The notes beneath the pieces were generated by a model. It was not told the DNA's origin and made no database searches. It worked only from the letters and a program-made list of their open reading frames with translations. Below are positions 49,248-62,538 of a stretch of 64,000 nt of DNA, one piece after another (within the stretch, counting starts at the first letter, position 1; every line of letters starts with the position of its first letter). A program made the translations under genes and the position numbers. Source of the DNA: Octopus sinensis (lineage: Eukaryota); the NCBI RefSeq assembly GCF_006345805.1, contig NC_043004.1, positions 87,358,001 to 87,422,000 on the forward strand, read 5' to 3'.

Positions 49248-52081
49248 AATATTAAAATGTATTTTAAAAAATAGCTGTGACTGACAAACTATGGCAAGGA
49301 ATCAAATGAAATCTAATGGATTTGAAAGAAAATATGATAGCTCTCTTGTTTCACACATATTATGTCTCTACATATCTGCTACGTAGATGTTTTTGTGCAT
49401 TTAGTGTGGCAGGGACCAAGGGTTAGTTTCAAACTGAGCTCCTTGCATATCCAGGTGGTCTTTTGTAAAGCTGGTCTCTGGGTGGGTGTGGTCTGTATAC
49501 AACTTGTGACAATGTGAAGGGTGCTGTTTTGTGTTTTTTGTAATTGTGGAGAGATTGGGAGACTGCAGAGCAGATTCAGTCTTAGATGATCTCTAATGCA
49601 TTGTTTGTTCACTAACATATTATTTCTGTTGGCTAAGTGTCCAACATGTATTTGTGCTCTAAATCTTTGTCATTTTCCTTTATTTACTGTCTATTCAGTA
49701 TGTACTATGAATGTTATAGTCATGTTAAATTAGCATTTTTGTTTTTTCTGTGTGTGTGTTTGCTTTATGGTATGTTTGTTTCTGAGTGCGTTAGTGGATT
49801 GTATTTCTTGTTCTCTATGTAGCATTACTGGTTAGAAGGAAGACTGGATTTAGTAGATGCTATTTTATATTGGAATTAGATGTCTAGGTGATTGTTGTAG
49901 GGTTGGAGTATCAATGACTCAAATGAGTTAGTCTTTGGTTGGTGTTTTCAGAATGACAAACATTTTATCATTGATTAATGAACTTGGCCTAATGTAAAAA
50001 ATAATGAATCAATAATTCATATCTATGTAACAAATCAAATATTTGTTTGAAGCTGACAATTAAATCTACTACTACAAGGGTTTTTTCCACTTCTTTGCAT
50101 TAATTCAGGCACCTAATTGAACATGTGAAAACTCAGAGTAGCACTGGAGTGGATTGTCTACATTCATTGATACTTTCTCCTCTTTGGACACCCAAATGTG
50201 TGTGTGTGTGTGTATTGTCATCATTTAACGTCTGTCTTCCATGCTAGCATAGGTGGGATGGTACCACAAGAGCCGGCCAGGCTGAAGCCAGCACCAGGCT
50301 TTTGTGACTGTTTTGGCAGGATTTTTACAGCTGGATCCCCTTCCTAACACCAACCACTCAGTGGACTTAGTGCTTTTTACGTGGCACAAGCACAGGTGAG
50401 GTCAGTGTTGGCAAGGTTTTTACAGCTGGATGCCTTTCTGAACACCAACCACATTACAGTGTGGACAAGGTGCTTTTAAGTGGCACCTGCACTGACAGGG
50501 TCACCAAGTACTTGCAAGACAAAAAAAAGAAAACTTTTAAGCAGGGAGGAGGCATTGGATGAGGTGATGATGAAAAGGTTATAGTGAGGGAGATACAGGT
50601 GACTTGTTGTAGAAGTACACGGTTACCTGGCCAGAGAAAGATCAGGAATGAAGACAGAAACAGGTGTGCTACTGCAAAGGAAATACACGGTTGCCTAACT
50701 TGAGGGAAGTGCAGGAGAAGGAGAGAGAGAGTGGGAGACTGTAGGATAGAGATGTTGGCAAAATGCCAGTCATGTTCACAAGGAACAGGGATCAGAATAT
50801 AAATGAGATGGTTGAGTAAAGGAATAGAGAGATATAGATGGTGGCATTTAAACCTTAAGGTTTAAATGCCATAATATGAAGGGCAGGATATTGTGAAGGG
50901 AGTGTGATTAGAGTGCGAGTAAGTGGGGAAAGACCTGGGTAATATAGTTGGAGGGAGGCTACTGGATAGCAATGATACAGGAACGGGTGTGAAGACAGGA
51001 TTGGCGGGGTGAGAGCTAGGCATAGTGAATGAAGGAGGAAATGTGAGAAAGAGAAGAGATGTAGATTGGTTTGTTGGGGTAGGGTGAGGGAAAAGTTTTC
51101 TTATGTGTGTGTGGAACACCCAGGTTGTGGACTAGCAGATAACAATAGTGAGACAGGGCATGTGGGTAGAATGCACAGCTTGGGGGCAAGCAGAGAGCAA
51201 TGATGCAGCGGCACAGGGCCAAGAGGACAAGATTGAGGAGTGGGAGGCAATAATAGTACATGAGGTGGAAATGTGAAGAGAAGAGATGTAGTTTGGTTTG
51301 TTGTGGTAGTGTGTGAAAAGTTTTCTGAAGTGTGAGTGGGACACAGCGCTTCTAGATCTGTTTCGCTGATGTGGGCAGGTCTTCTCAAGAATTTCATATC
51401 GCCTGACATCTCAGTCCATTGTCATTTTGTCTGTGAGGCTCAGCTCCCTGAGATTGGTCCTTACCACCTCATCCCTTGTCTTGGGTTTCCCTCTTCCACG
51501 TGTACCATCCACTTAAAGTGATCGACACTTCTTCATGCAGCCGTCTTCTTACACATCACTTGTCCAAACCAACGTAGTCTTCTCTCTTGCATGCTACATT
51601 TGATTCCTCTTATGCCCAACTATATCATCATCATCCGCTTTCCATGCTAGCATGGGTTGGACGATTTTGACTGAAGGCTGGTGAACCAGATGACTGCACC
51701 AGGCTCCAATCTTGATTTGGCAGTGTTTCTACAGCTGGATGCCCTTCCTAATGCCAACCACTCTGAGAGTGTAGTGGGTGCTTTTTATGTGCCACCGGCA
51801 CTGGGGCCAGTGAGATGGTACTGGCAATGACCTCGCTCGAATCTTTTTACACATGCCACCAGCACAGTAAGGCGATGTTGGTAACAATCACGCTCAAATG
51901 GTGCCCTTTTACGTGCCACCGGCACAGAAGCCAGTTGGCTGCTCTGGTGACGATCACGCTCGTATGGTGCTCTTTGTACCCCGCTAGTACGGATGCCAGT
52001 CATTGAATGTGATTTTTATTTTTTTAAATTTAAAAAAATATATATATTTGAAACTAATAGTATAATGTAATTTTCTTGCAG

Positions 52082-52163
52082 AAAACTGATAATTTTGCTG
52101 CAAATACCTTGCATGAGCCAACTCCTGAAGACAGAGTTGAAGCTGAAAAGCTTAAAAATAAAG
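52082..52163 (+). CDS. SGTA: SGT-like coding exon 3
   Basis: KTDNFAANTLHEPTPEDRVEAEKLKNK(G), leading into TPR1. Phases 0/1; the donor gtttgg is weak. Confidence 0.88.
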
Positions 52164-52587
52164 GTTTGGAGATATATATTTTTAATGATTAAATAATTTA
52201 AGATGCCATATAGCATTGTATGAAAAACATTTGTTTTGTAAATTGAATGTGGTTTAGTGTAAGTTTTAAAGATGTTTAATCTATCCTTTTAGCATGTAAA
52301 ATGAATGAGTGTATGTATTGTATAGATACATGCATGGACACTTTTGATTTGAAATTTCATGCTTATTTTGAAAAGATTCTATAGGAAGTTATCAGTACAG
52401 TTATGTCTCATGATAAAGCTAATTCCACTATGGAATTGAGGAATTATTTTGCCATTTTCTGGTATCACTAAAGAGTATATTGTTTTATTTTAGATAATGT
52501 TGTTCCAATTCAAACTTGAAATATGCAATCATTTTCTTCTCAAATCAAATGTCTCTAAAGAAATATTTTTTAAAATATAATTTACAG

Positions 52588-52687
52588 GAAATGACTTCAT
52601 GAAAGCAGAGAAATTCTCCGAAGCACTAGAATGTTACACAAAGGCCATAAAGTTGGACAACAAAAATGCTGTTTATTATTGTAACAG
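52588..52687 (+). CDS. SGTA: SGT-like coding exon 4 (TPR1-2)
   Basis: (G)NDFMKAEKFSEALECYTKAIKLDNKNAVYYCN(R). Phases 1/2. Confidence 0.95.
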
Positions 52688-55600
52688 GTAACTAAAGTTT
52701 TTTTTGTTTTTTAAAGAATGCACTTATTTATCCTAGAATCTGTAGTTGATTTCAATTAGTGTCTTCTCATTAGAGTATTAATTTTGTAATTATTTTTTTT
52801 TATTATTGATATAGCTGGATTTATTTTTTATTCTGTCCTTTCCTATTCTTGACATTAAGAACACTAAAGAAAAGCTTTTAGATTTGACATCATATTATTA
52901 GCTGTATAATAAAATAAGAAAAGTCTTAGTGTGATGGTGTGATAAATTATTGCATAAATGGCTTTTATAGAAGTTATCAAAGGGCAAAGCTTTATCTGGG
53001 GATAATAGTTATAGAGAGGATTACTATTTGTAAATCTCACGAGAGATATTCAGCAACAGTACTTGGAGCAAAGATTGTCTGCCAACACAACATTGCAGTC
53101 CTGGTTTACAGCAACATTTGTCCTAAACCAGGACTGCCATGTTGTGTTGGCAGACAATATTTGCTCTAATTATAGAGAGGTACTGGATTTGGGTACCTCA
53201 ATTATTTTTTTTGGTTTGTTGACCAAAGGTGTCTTGGATTTAGTTTCTTTGTGCAGTGCCTTAGGCAAGTGTCCTCAATAGCCTAGAACTGACCAAAGCT
53301 ATGTAACTGGATTTAGTAGATGGAAACTGAAAGTAGCGTGTCATGTATGCGTGTGTGTATACCTTTGTCTTGATATCACATTATGGTTGTCAATGAGCAT
53401 CACCATCATGTAACAATGTTGTTTGAGTTTTCCAAGAAAGACCTGTGTGGCTATGGGAAAATATCCCTTACTTGGAAATAGGTAAGAGTTGGTGACAAAA
53501 GGCATCTGGCTGTAGTAAATTTGTCTGGACAAATTCCATCCAACCCTTGTAAGCATAGAAAAGTGGACATTAAATAATATTATTTACTACCCAGCGATAC
53601 TCTCATGCAAGATACTCTGGACCAAGAAATTATCAAGAATTTGAAATGTTAATGAAGAAATAATTTTATAACACAATCAGCAGTAAAGAATCTATCCCTG
53701 ACTCTCAACACCAAATTAAGGATGTAGTTTTTTGCATCTGCTATTGCATGGACTATAACTCTTTTGAAAGCATGATGCAAATTAAACTTATTCTCAACAG
53801 GCCCCTAGTTTCTTTATGCTACTAAGTACATATGCTCTAAGACAATGCTCACTATGAGACCAAATGTCTGTGAAACATGAAACAATCAGTTTTTGGAAAT
53901 TCAAGGAATTCATTTGAAGAAACTGCCTCAAAGGAAATAGACAATCCTGTAGGATAATTTTAAAAAGCTGATTCGTTTGTTTTAAATATAAAAATGTTCA
54001 TTATTTATCTTTTATTTTTTACTTGTTTCAGTCATTAGACTGTGGCCATGTTGGGGCACCGTTTTGAAGGATTTCTTAGTTGATTGAATTGACCCCAGTA
54101 CTTATATTTTGAAAATTTGGTACTTATTCCATCAGTCTCTTTTGCCGAACCACTAAGTTACAGAGACATAAACATACCAACACCGGTTGTCAAGCAATGG
54201 GTGGGGAGAAACACACATACACACACTCTCACGCACACATATATGCAATGGGCTTCTTTCAGTTTCTGTCTACTAAATCCACTCACAAGGCTTTGGTCAG
54301 CTCGAGGCTATAGTAGAAGTCACTTGCCCGGGTGAACCTGGAATCATGTGGTTGGGAAGCAGGCTTATCACACAGCTATGCCTCTGCCTATTTATTTATT
54401 TATTTTTTTTAGAAAATATTCATTTTAACTTTGATTATTTTAAGTATTCCTTATTCTGCAATTAAGTTAAACTCGTATTTATTTCTAGTATATGTGTAAA
54501 ATTTAGATTTTATTTGGTTTTATTTTGAAAGTACTTTTTTTAAAAAAATTTTAAAATGTTTTCTCTAAGTTGTTTAACAGCATTTTATTTAGGAAATTTG
54601 ACAACTACTTCCTAGACAATAGAAAACTCACATTGACACCTCAAAGCTGGTTGTTAGTGAAAATTCTTTGGGTCATAAAATTAACCTTATTTTCATATGC
54701 TCTCTTGTTGTGAAACTGTTTACATATTACATTTAATAGAAACAAAACAAAAAAATAGCTTTCTAACAGCTGTGGGAAATAGATTTAGAAGTTATTGTAA
54801 CAAAATATTCTTCAATATATTCTTCAGTTCATCTTACAGTATAATAATACCAAGCCTACGTGTTATTTCTGTATATTTTTACACCTGTTGCATATTGTAA
54901 AGGTGATTGATTAATTGGAAGATTCTTAAATTTTACTTGTAGATTGGTATGATCACAATCTTTATGCTCTTAAATTTGTCCCTTTATGGCACTAAGGAAA
55001 CTTGTTTCAGATGAGAAAAAAAAAAACAAAAAAAATCTTTTACAACAATGTCTGGTCACCAGCTGTTGTAATAGATTGACAATAGGTTTGGTCATTTTCG
55101 TATTTTAAACTGTTTATTATTTTCTTGTCTTTTTACTTGTTTCAGTCATTTGACTGCGGCCATGCTGGCGACTTCCTTGAAGGTTTCTAGTTGAATAGAT
55201 TAAACCCCAGGACTTATTCTTTTAAAGTCTGGTACTTATTCTATCAGTCTTTTTTGCCGAACCACTAAGTTATAAGGGACGTAAACACACCAACATTGGC
55301 TGTCAAGCAGTAGTGGGATGCACACATGAGTTTCTTTCAGTTTCTGTCAACCAAATCCACTCAAGTCTTTGGTTGGCCCAAGGCTTTAGTAGAAAGCACT
55401 TGCCCAAGGTGTCATGTGATAAGAATGAACCTAGAACCAGGCTTCTTACCACACAGTCACGTCTGCAGCTGTTGTTTACAATTGTAAAAGCAATTGCATA
55501 AGTTTCCCCATTGTTGACTGCACACTCCGTTTTACAGTTGATGTGACAGACTACTTAACGAAAAAGAATATTTATTGAAACAATAACAATTTGTTAAAAA

Positions 55601-56337
55601 TTACTGCTGTTTCAGATCAAACTCCCCATTGATGTATGATAACTAGAAGCTGTCAGTTTATAGTTTGATTTGTGGCTTCTTCATTAAATAACTTTTACTA
55701 ATTCTGTTCTAAATAAGTGTATTTAATAATACGTGTATGAATGTTTATAAAAAGATTTTTTCTTTTTTGTTAAACATGTTGAAATGCATTTTAACATTTG
55801 GTGAGACAATCACAGGAGCTATGCGACTCTCATTGTTATCGTTCATCGTTTAACGTCCGCTTTCCATGCTAGCATGGGTTGGACGATTTGACTGAGGTCT
55901 GGCGAACCAGATGGCTGCACCAGGCTCCAATCTGATCTGGCAGAGTTTCTACAGCTGGATGCCCTTCCTAATGCCAACCACTCTGAGAGTGTAGTGGGTG
56001 CTTTTACGAGGGCCAGTCAGGCGGTACTGGCAACGGCCACGCTCAAATGGTGCTTTTTATGTGCCACTTGCACAGGAGCCAGTTCAGCTGCACTGGTAAC
56101 GATCTCGCTCGACATTTTTTTTTTTTGCATATATTTATTTCTCAGTGAAAAAAATAATTGACAACTGTTTTGTTCAAAATAATCTACTGTTGCTTATTAT
56201 GCTATTTCTGATGTCATAAGACGTAAGCATTTTTATTGGAAAGATAGAATTTGGAAGTACATCATTAATTATTGCATATGTCTTTTCCATCATTACAATG
56301 TCATTTATAATCAATCAATCCTGTTTTTTAATTCCAG

Positions 56338-56442
56338 AGCTGCAGCCTACAGTAAATTAACTAAACATACATCAGCTATCCAAGACTGTAACAGTGCATT
56401 GGCCATTGATCCTAGCTACAGCAAGGCATATGGTCGGATGGG
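56338..56442 (+). CDS. SGTA: SGT-like coding exon 5 (TPR2-3)
   Basis: [34 protein letters not shown](G), containing the SGT hallmarks NRAAAYSKL and YSKAYGRMG. Confidence 0.96.
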
Positions 56443-56462
56443 GTGAGTGATCCTTATAGATA

Positions 56463-56759
56463 CAGGAACAACACTGACTTTCTAGGCGCTGATGATCCAG
56501 AACCTTTTGTGATCCACACTGATTTATGAGCAGGAACTTTAAATTCCTGTGATGCTTGTCTAGTTTACTGGGTGGTTCCGTTTCACTGTACCTCGTACAG
56601 TAAAATAAATTTTTATAATTTATACAGATGTACAGGTACCTTTATTTTATTTAATTAAATTTAATATTTAATTTAGAGGAGAGCACCTCAGGTTTGGAAA
56701 AATCAGTAATCTGGGAAGGCTTTGGAACCAAAAGTTCCTGAAAATCAATGTTGTACCTG
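56463..56759. mobile_element. Tc1/mariner-type MITE filling most of SGT intron 5
   Basis: TA TSDs. Imperfect TIRs CAGGAACAACACTGACTTTC and GAAAATCAATGTTGTACCTG. Confidence 0.7.
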
Positions 56760-56882
56760 TAGTAATTTTATCAACTCTATTGAATAGACCAATTTCATTG
56801 TTAGATAATTTGAGAATATCTTGTTGCTTGTATTTTTGATGTTGAATCGTTTTCTAATAGTGTTAATGAATTTATCTTTTAG

Positions 56883-57021
56883 AATGGCTTACCTTGAGCT
56901 TGAGAACAATGAACAATCTCACGAATGCTACAGAAAAGCTTTGGAGTTGGATCCAAACAATCAGAGCTACAAGAATAATTTAGAGATGGTTGAGCAGAGA
57001 CTTCGGGAACAAGCTATGGGG
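56883..57021 (+). CDS. SGTA: SGT-like coding exon 6 (TPR3 and capping helix)
   Basis: MAYLELENNEQSHECYRKALELDPNNQSYKNNLEMVEQRLREQAMG. Phases 2/0. Confidence 0.95.
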
Positions 57022-57289
57022 GTGAGTTGACAAAAATTGCAAATGGTTAATCTACAAATTTAACCCTATTGATACCACCCCTCATTCTATGATACAAATT
57101 TTCAAATTACTTGATTGCATGGAAAAACCACAGAAAATTGTCGAGTCTTCTTGACTATTATGTACTTAATGTAACAATGCAGTAATGGAGACTGAAACTC
57201 CACCCCTCACATTGTGGGATCACAAACAAGATATATCTTACCACAGCTTTTAGTTTTTGTGAAAATAAGCATGTAAGAGTTTAAATGCT

Positions 57290-57917
57290 GAACTATTTAT
57301 TGAAGTCTGCTTGTTATTTGGGAGATAGAGTAGATGTAAGTGGTGGATGTGAAGCAGCTGTGACAGCAAGAGCAAGACTTGGCTGAGTGAAGTTCAGGGA
57401 ACTTGGAATGTTATTGTATGGGAAATGGTTCTTATTGAAGACAAAAGGAAAGATCTATAGGAGTTGTGTGAGAGCTGCAATGCTTTATGGGAGTAAGACA
57501 TGGTGTTTGAGAGAGAGAGAGAGAGAGGTGGCAATTTTGAGAAGGACTGAGAGAGCAATGGTGAGAGAAGGGTGTGGTGTGAGGCTGTTTAATAAGAGGA
57601 CTGAGGACTTGATGAGGATACTGGGGTTGGAGGAATCAGTGGAATGGAGTGCAGTGGTATGGGCATGTGTCGAGGGATGAGGAGCATGTTCTGAAGAGGG
57701 TGCTAGAATCTGAAGTAAATGGACAGCAAAAGCAAGGTTGACTGAGGAAAATGTTGGGAACAGGCGGAGGAGGAGCTTGCAAGGGTTAGCTTGAGAAGGG
57801 ATGACACTGAAAACCTGGTGAGATGGTGTGAGGGCACTTGCTATGGCATTGAGGTAGATCCGACTACCCCCTGTTAATGGGGATAAAACTCGGATTCAAA
57901 ATTATGGTTGATGATGA
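57290..57917 (+). mobile_element. RTE LINE 3' remnant
   Basis: KFRELGMLL..LKTKGKIYRSCVRAAMLYGSKTW..LRRTERAMVR; ends GATGATGA. Confidence 0.75.
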
Positions 57918-58011
57918 AAAATGAAGAAAAAATTCTGAACATTTATTGTTCTGTTATTTTCCTCCCAATTATGACTTTGTAGGGATGAAACATTTGACAT
58001 TTACAACCCAT

Positions 58012-58430
58012 AAAGTGCCAGGCTGGCAGAATCCTTAGCATGTCAGGTGAAACTCTCAGCAACATTTTTGTCCATCTTTATGTTCTGAGTTCAAATTCTG
58101 CTGAGGTTGACTTTGTGTTTCATCCTTTTGGAGTTGATAAAGTAAGTACCTGTTGAACACTGGACTTGATATAATTGACTTACCCTCACTCGCAAACTTG
58201 CTGGCCTTGTGCCAAAGTTTGAAATCAATATTTACAACTCACAAGGCAGTGAGCTGGCAGAATTGGCAGTAAGCCTGACAAAACACTTAGCATTTTGTCT
58301 TTGTTCTGAGTTCAAATTCTGCTGAGTTAACTTTGCTTTTCATTTCAGAGTGAATAAAATCAGTGGGATCAATATAATTGACTTACCCATTTCTGAAATT
58401 GCTAGCCTTGTGCCAAAATTTGAAACCAAT
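58012..58430 (+). mobile_element. Tandem dimer of Meta-like SINEs
   Basis: Two head-to-tail copies (GCTGGCAGAA..TTCTGAGTTCAAATTC..TTTGAAA(T/C)CAAT), flanked and separated by ATTTACAA.(C)CA repeats. Confidence 0.75.
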
Positions 58431-60727
58431 ATTTACAATCCATGCAAGCCTCCATGTCTTTAACTTAACATAATATAAGAAGACCTGTACCCAGCAGCAG
58501 CAGAAGTGTTAAAACTGGTCCTTTTGGTGGCAAGAAGCACTTGTGATGGTGCCATGTAAAAGCATCAGCACACTCTTTAAAGTAGTTGGTGCTAGGAAGG
58601 GAATCCAGCCATAGAAACCATGCCAAATGAGACTGGAGTCTGGTGCAGCTCCCCAGCTTGCCAGCTCTGGTCAAACTGTCCAGCCCATGCCAGCTTAGAC
58701 AAGGGACGTTAAACGATGGTGATGATGAATGTACATAATATATGTGCAATCATGGACAAAGATGATGTGTGCTGATTACTGCTCACTCTCTGATTGTCAT
58801 CAAGTCTCCTTAATTCCTATAGTACATACATAAGTGTGCTTAGGTTTCCAGTTGGCAACTTTTATTTCTAAACTAAAGGCATAATAATGATTTTATTCAT
58901 TGACAATTATTGTTACATTTTTAGGTTATTCAAATAAATCTTTCATCAGAAGCAGCCTTATGCTTACTGATTGAGTTACCAACACATATGTACTGCTTAT
59001 TTGGTTTTTCAAATTTGCACACTGGTTCAATTATGATTATCAGAATCAAACTAGTTTTGAGTTAAAAATCATTAATGACATTGCTGCAGTGATTAAGTTG
59101 ATTGTATTACTATTTCGTTCTGTTTTGTCATCATTATCATCATCTGCTTTCCATGCTGGCATGGGTTGGACAGCTTGACAAGAGCTGCTTAGGCTCTGTC
59201 TTTTGCTCTTCCTAATGCCAACCGAGTCTACTGGGTGCTTTTATGTGGCACCAGTACCCACAGGCCCACAAAATTTGGATCACTTAGCTGAAGAGGGATG
59301 CAGGGGACATGATTTTATTTAGCTTGATGTTTCCTCAAGTACTGCAAACTGCCTGGAGTCTCCGTCCCTTGTCATCCCCTCTGTGAGGCCCAATGTCTGA
59401 AGATCCTTTCTCACTTCTTCATCCCACATCTTCCTGGGTCTACCCCTTCCACATGTTCCTTCCACAATTAGAGATCGGCACTTCATGATGCAGCTGTCTT
59501 CTTTCATATGCATTACATGGCTACTAGCATAGTCTTCTCTCTTGCACATTACGGTTGATGCCTTGTATATCCGGTTTTCCTCTTGAATCACTTACACTAG
59601 CACCACCATCATACAAGTGATGTTCATTTCCACTCTTCCATGAAAAATATGTCAGGTCAAGGAGAAATGTTGCCTTGCTTGGTAACAGGTGAGGGTTGAT
59701 GACTAGAAGGGCACCTTCTCATAGAAAATGTACCTCAATGAATTTCCTCTGACCCATGCAAGCATGGAAAAAATGGACATTAATGATGGTTTTCATATAA
59801 GGTTACAATCATGACATTTTACGATTGCTGTCTGTAAGTATGTTTCTTGCACTTGGTATCTCATCATCAGAGCACAGGGTTATTTCATCTGTCATAAAGA
59901 GAAGTTGTAATTGGTATAAATGTTTTATTTCTTGCATCATATATGTCTTAGCATTCCTTATTTTGAGGTTTATCCTCTTAAAACCTGGAATACCTCTATT
60001 CTGACTTAAAAGCTTTTCAGTTTCTTCTTTACAAAACGTGCAAAGGCATGAAATGTTATACATATATTTCTTATGTTCTGGGTAGGTTTAACTTTGACAA
60101 GGAATCTGAAGTTTGGTTTTTATCTTTTCTAGTATAATTCTGATGTCTGTATGTTGTGGAGTTTTTGAATTTGAAATATCCTTTGCAGTAAAATAGACTT
60201 CTACTTTGTATTTGAGAGTGACTGTGGGTCTTATATGATGGACTGGTTTTTTTGTAGTTCAGTTATGTCTTACTTCAGAAAAATAATTACCATGTAACTG
60301 GCCATTAATACTGACATCTGATGCAATATTTTAGTAAGCTACCACAACTGCGTAGCCTTTCTAAAATACATAAACCCAGAGTTCCCTTTAAGGTCCATTG
60401 TCAGATGTAATGACTGAGCATGTCATTTATTGAGCTTTTTTTCTGATTAAAATAATCTCTCCCTTCAAGCCCTGTGTTGTATACATAACCATACTGTGTG
60501 CATTTCCAGGATTATGATACTGATGAGATCAAATTCATTGAAACATACAGGATATGAATATCAAGTTCCTTCAACTCTAAATATGAAGTTAATAATAAAA
60601 AAAAATTTCTAATAATGTTAACGACCATTCCTTTCAGACTTTAAGTGTTTAAATGTTTTTCTTTTGTATAAATTGGTTTTCAATTTTGTTTTTCTTCCCC
60701 TTAAAACAAAATTCATTCGCCTTTCAG

Positions 60728-60808
60728 GCTGGATTAGCTTCTGGTGCTGCTGGACAAAAAGGCTTTGATTTGTCAAGTATAGTTAACAATCCAGCACTTA
60801 TGAACATG
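60728..60808 (+). CDS. SGTA: SGT-like coding exon 7
   Basis: AGLASGAAGQKGFDLSSIVNNPALMNM, containing the NNP motif of the SGT C-terminal STI1-like domain. Phases 0/0. Confidence 0.9.
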
Positions 60809-62269
60809 GTGAGTTGATGTAATGTTTTTTCTTATATGAAAATATGTTGAATATTAAAACATAGGCACAGGTGTGGCTAAGAAGTTTGTTTCATAAGTGC
60901 ATGGTTTTAGGTTCATTCTCTTGTGTGTCACCTTGTCAAGTGTCTTCTGCTATAATGTCCGGTTGATCAATATTGTGTGAGTGAAATATGGTAACTAGCA
61001 ACAGTGTGGAAGCCCTTTGTGTGTGTGTGTGTATGTATGTGTTTGCTCTAGTACTGCTTGGGCAGCTGTGGCATTTATGTTCCCTCATAAAAAAAAAATC
61101 GTGGTATAAAGTACCTTACTTGGTGTTAGGAAGGGGTCTGATCATAGTCAACTACCTCAAGAACTCTCATTGAGCCCAGTCTAGCATGGGAAAAAAAAGG
61201 CAGATATAAAAATGAAATGATTGCATGAACAGCTCTCTTGTTATTGTGTATGTTTATTTCTTTTGTTTTCCTTCAGTTAAATTCCAATGCTTTGTAATAG
61301 TTTTTGATATTCTGTTGATTATATTAATCACTTAGATGATGTCGACTATGCAAACCTGACGTTTATTATAAATCTTGCCTTTTTTTATATAAAGGCACAG
61401 GTTTGAATGTGTGGTAAAGAAGTTTGCTTTTCAACCACATGGTTTTGGGTTCTGTCTTACTGTGTGGCACTGTAGGCAATATTGCTCCTGCCTTGTGGGT
61501 ATATTTGGTAGACAGAAACTGAAAAAAGCCCATTGTGTATATGTTTGTGTTTCCTTGTCTTGACATTGTGAGATTGTTGTAAATGAATATCAATTTCCAG
61601 GATTCTGTGGAAACCTGTCTGGCCATGGGGAAATATTACTTTGCTTGGAAATGGCTAAGGGTTTGACAACAAGAAAGGCATCTGGCTTTAGAAATTCTGC
61701 TTCTATAAACTTCAGCTGATGCATGTAAGCACAGAAAAAATGGATGTTGACGTTCATAACCAAAGACCCTCCCTTTGGCTATGAATGACCATGGGATTGC
61801 ACCTAGAAAGTTCACCTCCTATGCACAAGTCTGGTCAAGGATGTTTATGGAAGACCACCAGTTGCCCATGCATACCGGCCTCCCCTCTCCATGCCACTGA
61901 TGTTATCCAAGGAAAAGGCAAAGGCCGATAAAGTTTGGCACCAGTGATGTCACAACTCATTTCTATAGTTGTGTAATCTAGAGCAATGCAAAATAAAGTA
62001 TTGCTCAAGAACACAACACACACCCAAGTCCGGGAATTGAACTTGAGCCTGACGCTCTAACCACTGAACCACATATAATTAATCAGCATTATGGTTTTGA
62101 ATTAATTCACAAGCAAAATTAAACAGCATTATGAAATTATTAGTGTTTAAAGGATAAATAGTTATATATCATCTGATTGCAATCACAAAAACAGCAAAAT
62201 AATGATTGGTACTGAGAAGCAAAAAACAGCAGCTAAAGATAATGTAGAACAAAAAATGAGTGGCCGATG

Positions 62270-62538
62270 CCAGCGCCGCCTTGGCTGGCTTCCGTGGCAC
62301 GTTAAAAGCACCAACCGATCGTGGCCGATGCCAGACCCCTCCCCTGGCACCTGTGCAGGTGGCACGTAAAAAGCACCCACTACACTTGCGGAGTGGTTGG
62401 CGTTAGGAAGGGCATCCAGCTGTAGAAACACTGCCAGATCAGACTGGAGCCTGGTGCAGCCCTGGCTTCCCAGACTCCGGTCGAACCGTCCAACCCATGC
62501 TAGCGCGGAAAACAGACGTTAAACGATGATGATGATGA
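62270..62538 (+). mobile_element. Young SINE/RTE-tail copy
   Basis: CpG-rich, little-decayed copy ending ACGTTAAACGATGATGATGATGA. Confidence 0.8.

Noticed and set aside
56485-56530. TGATGA...CTGA C/D snoRNA-like motif in an SGT intron
   Set aside because: It is too short, has no terminal stem, and lies inside a TA-flanked MITE.
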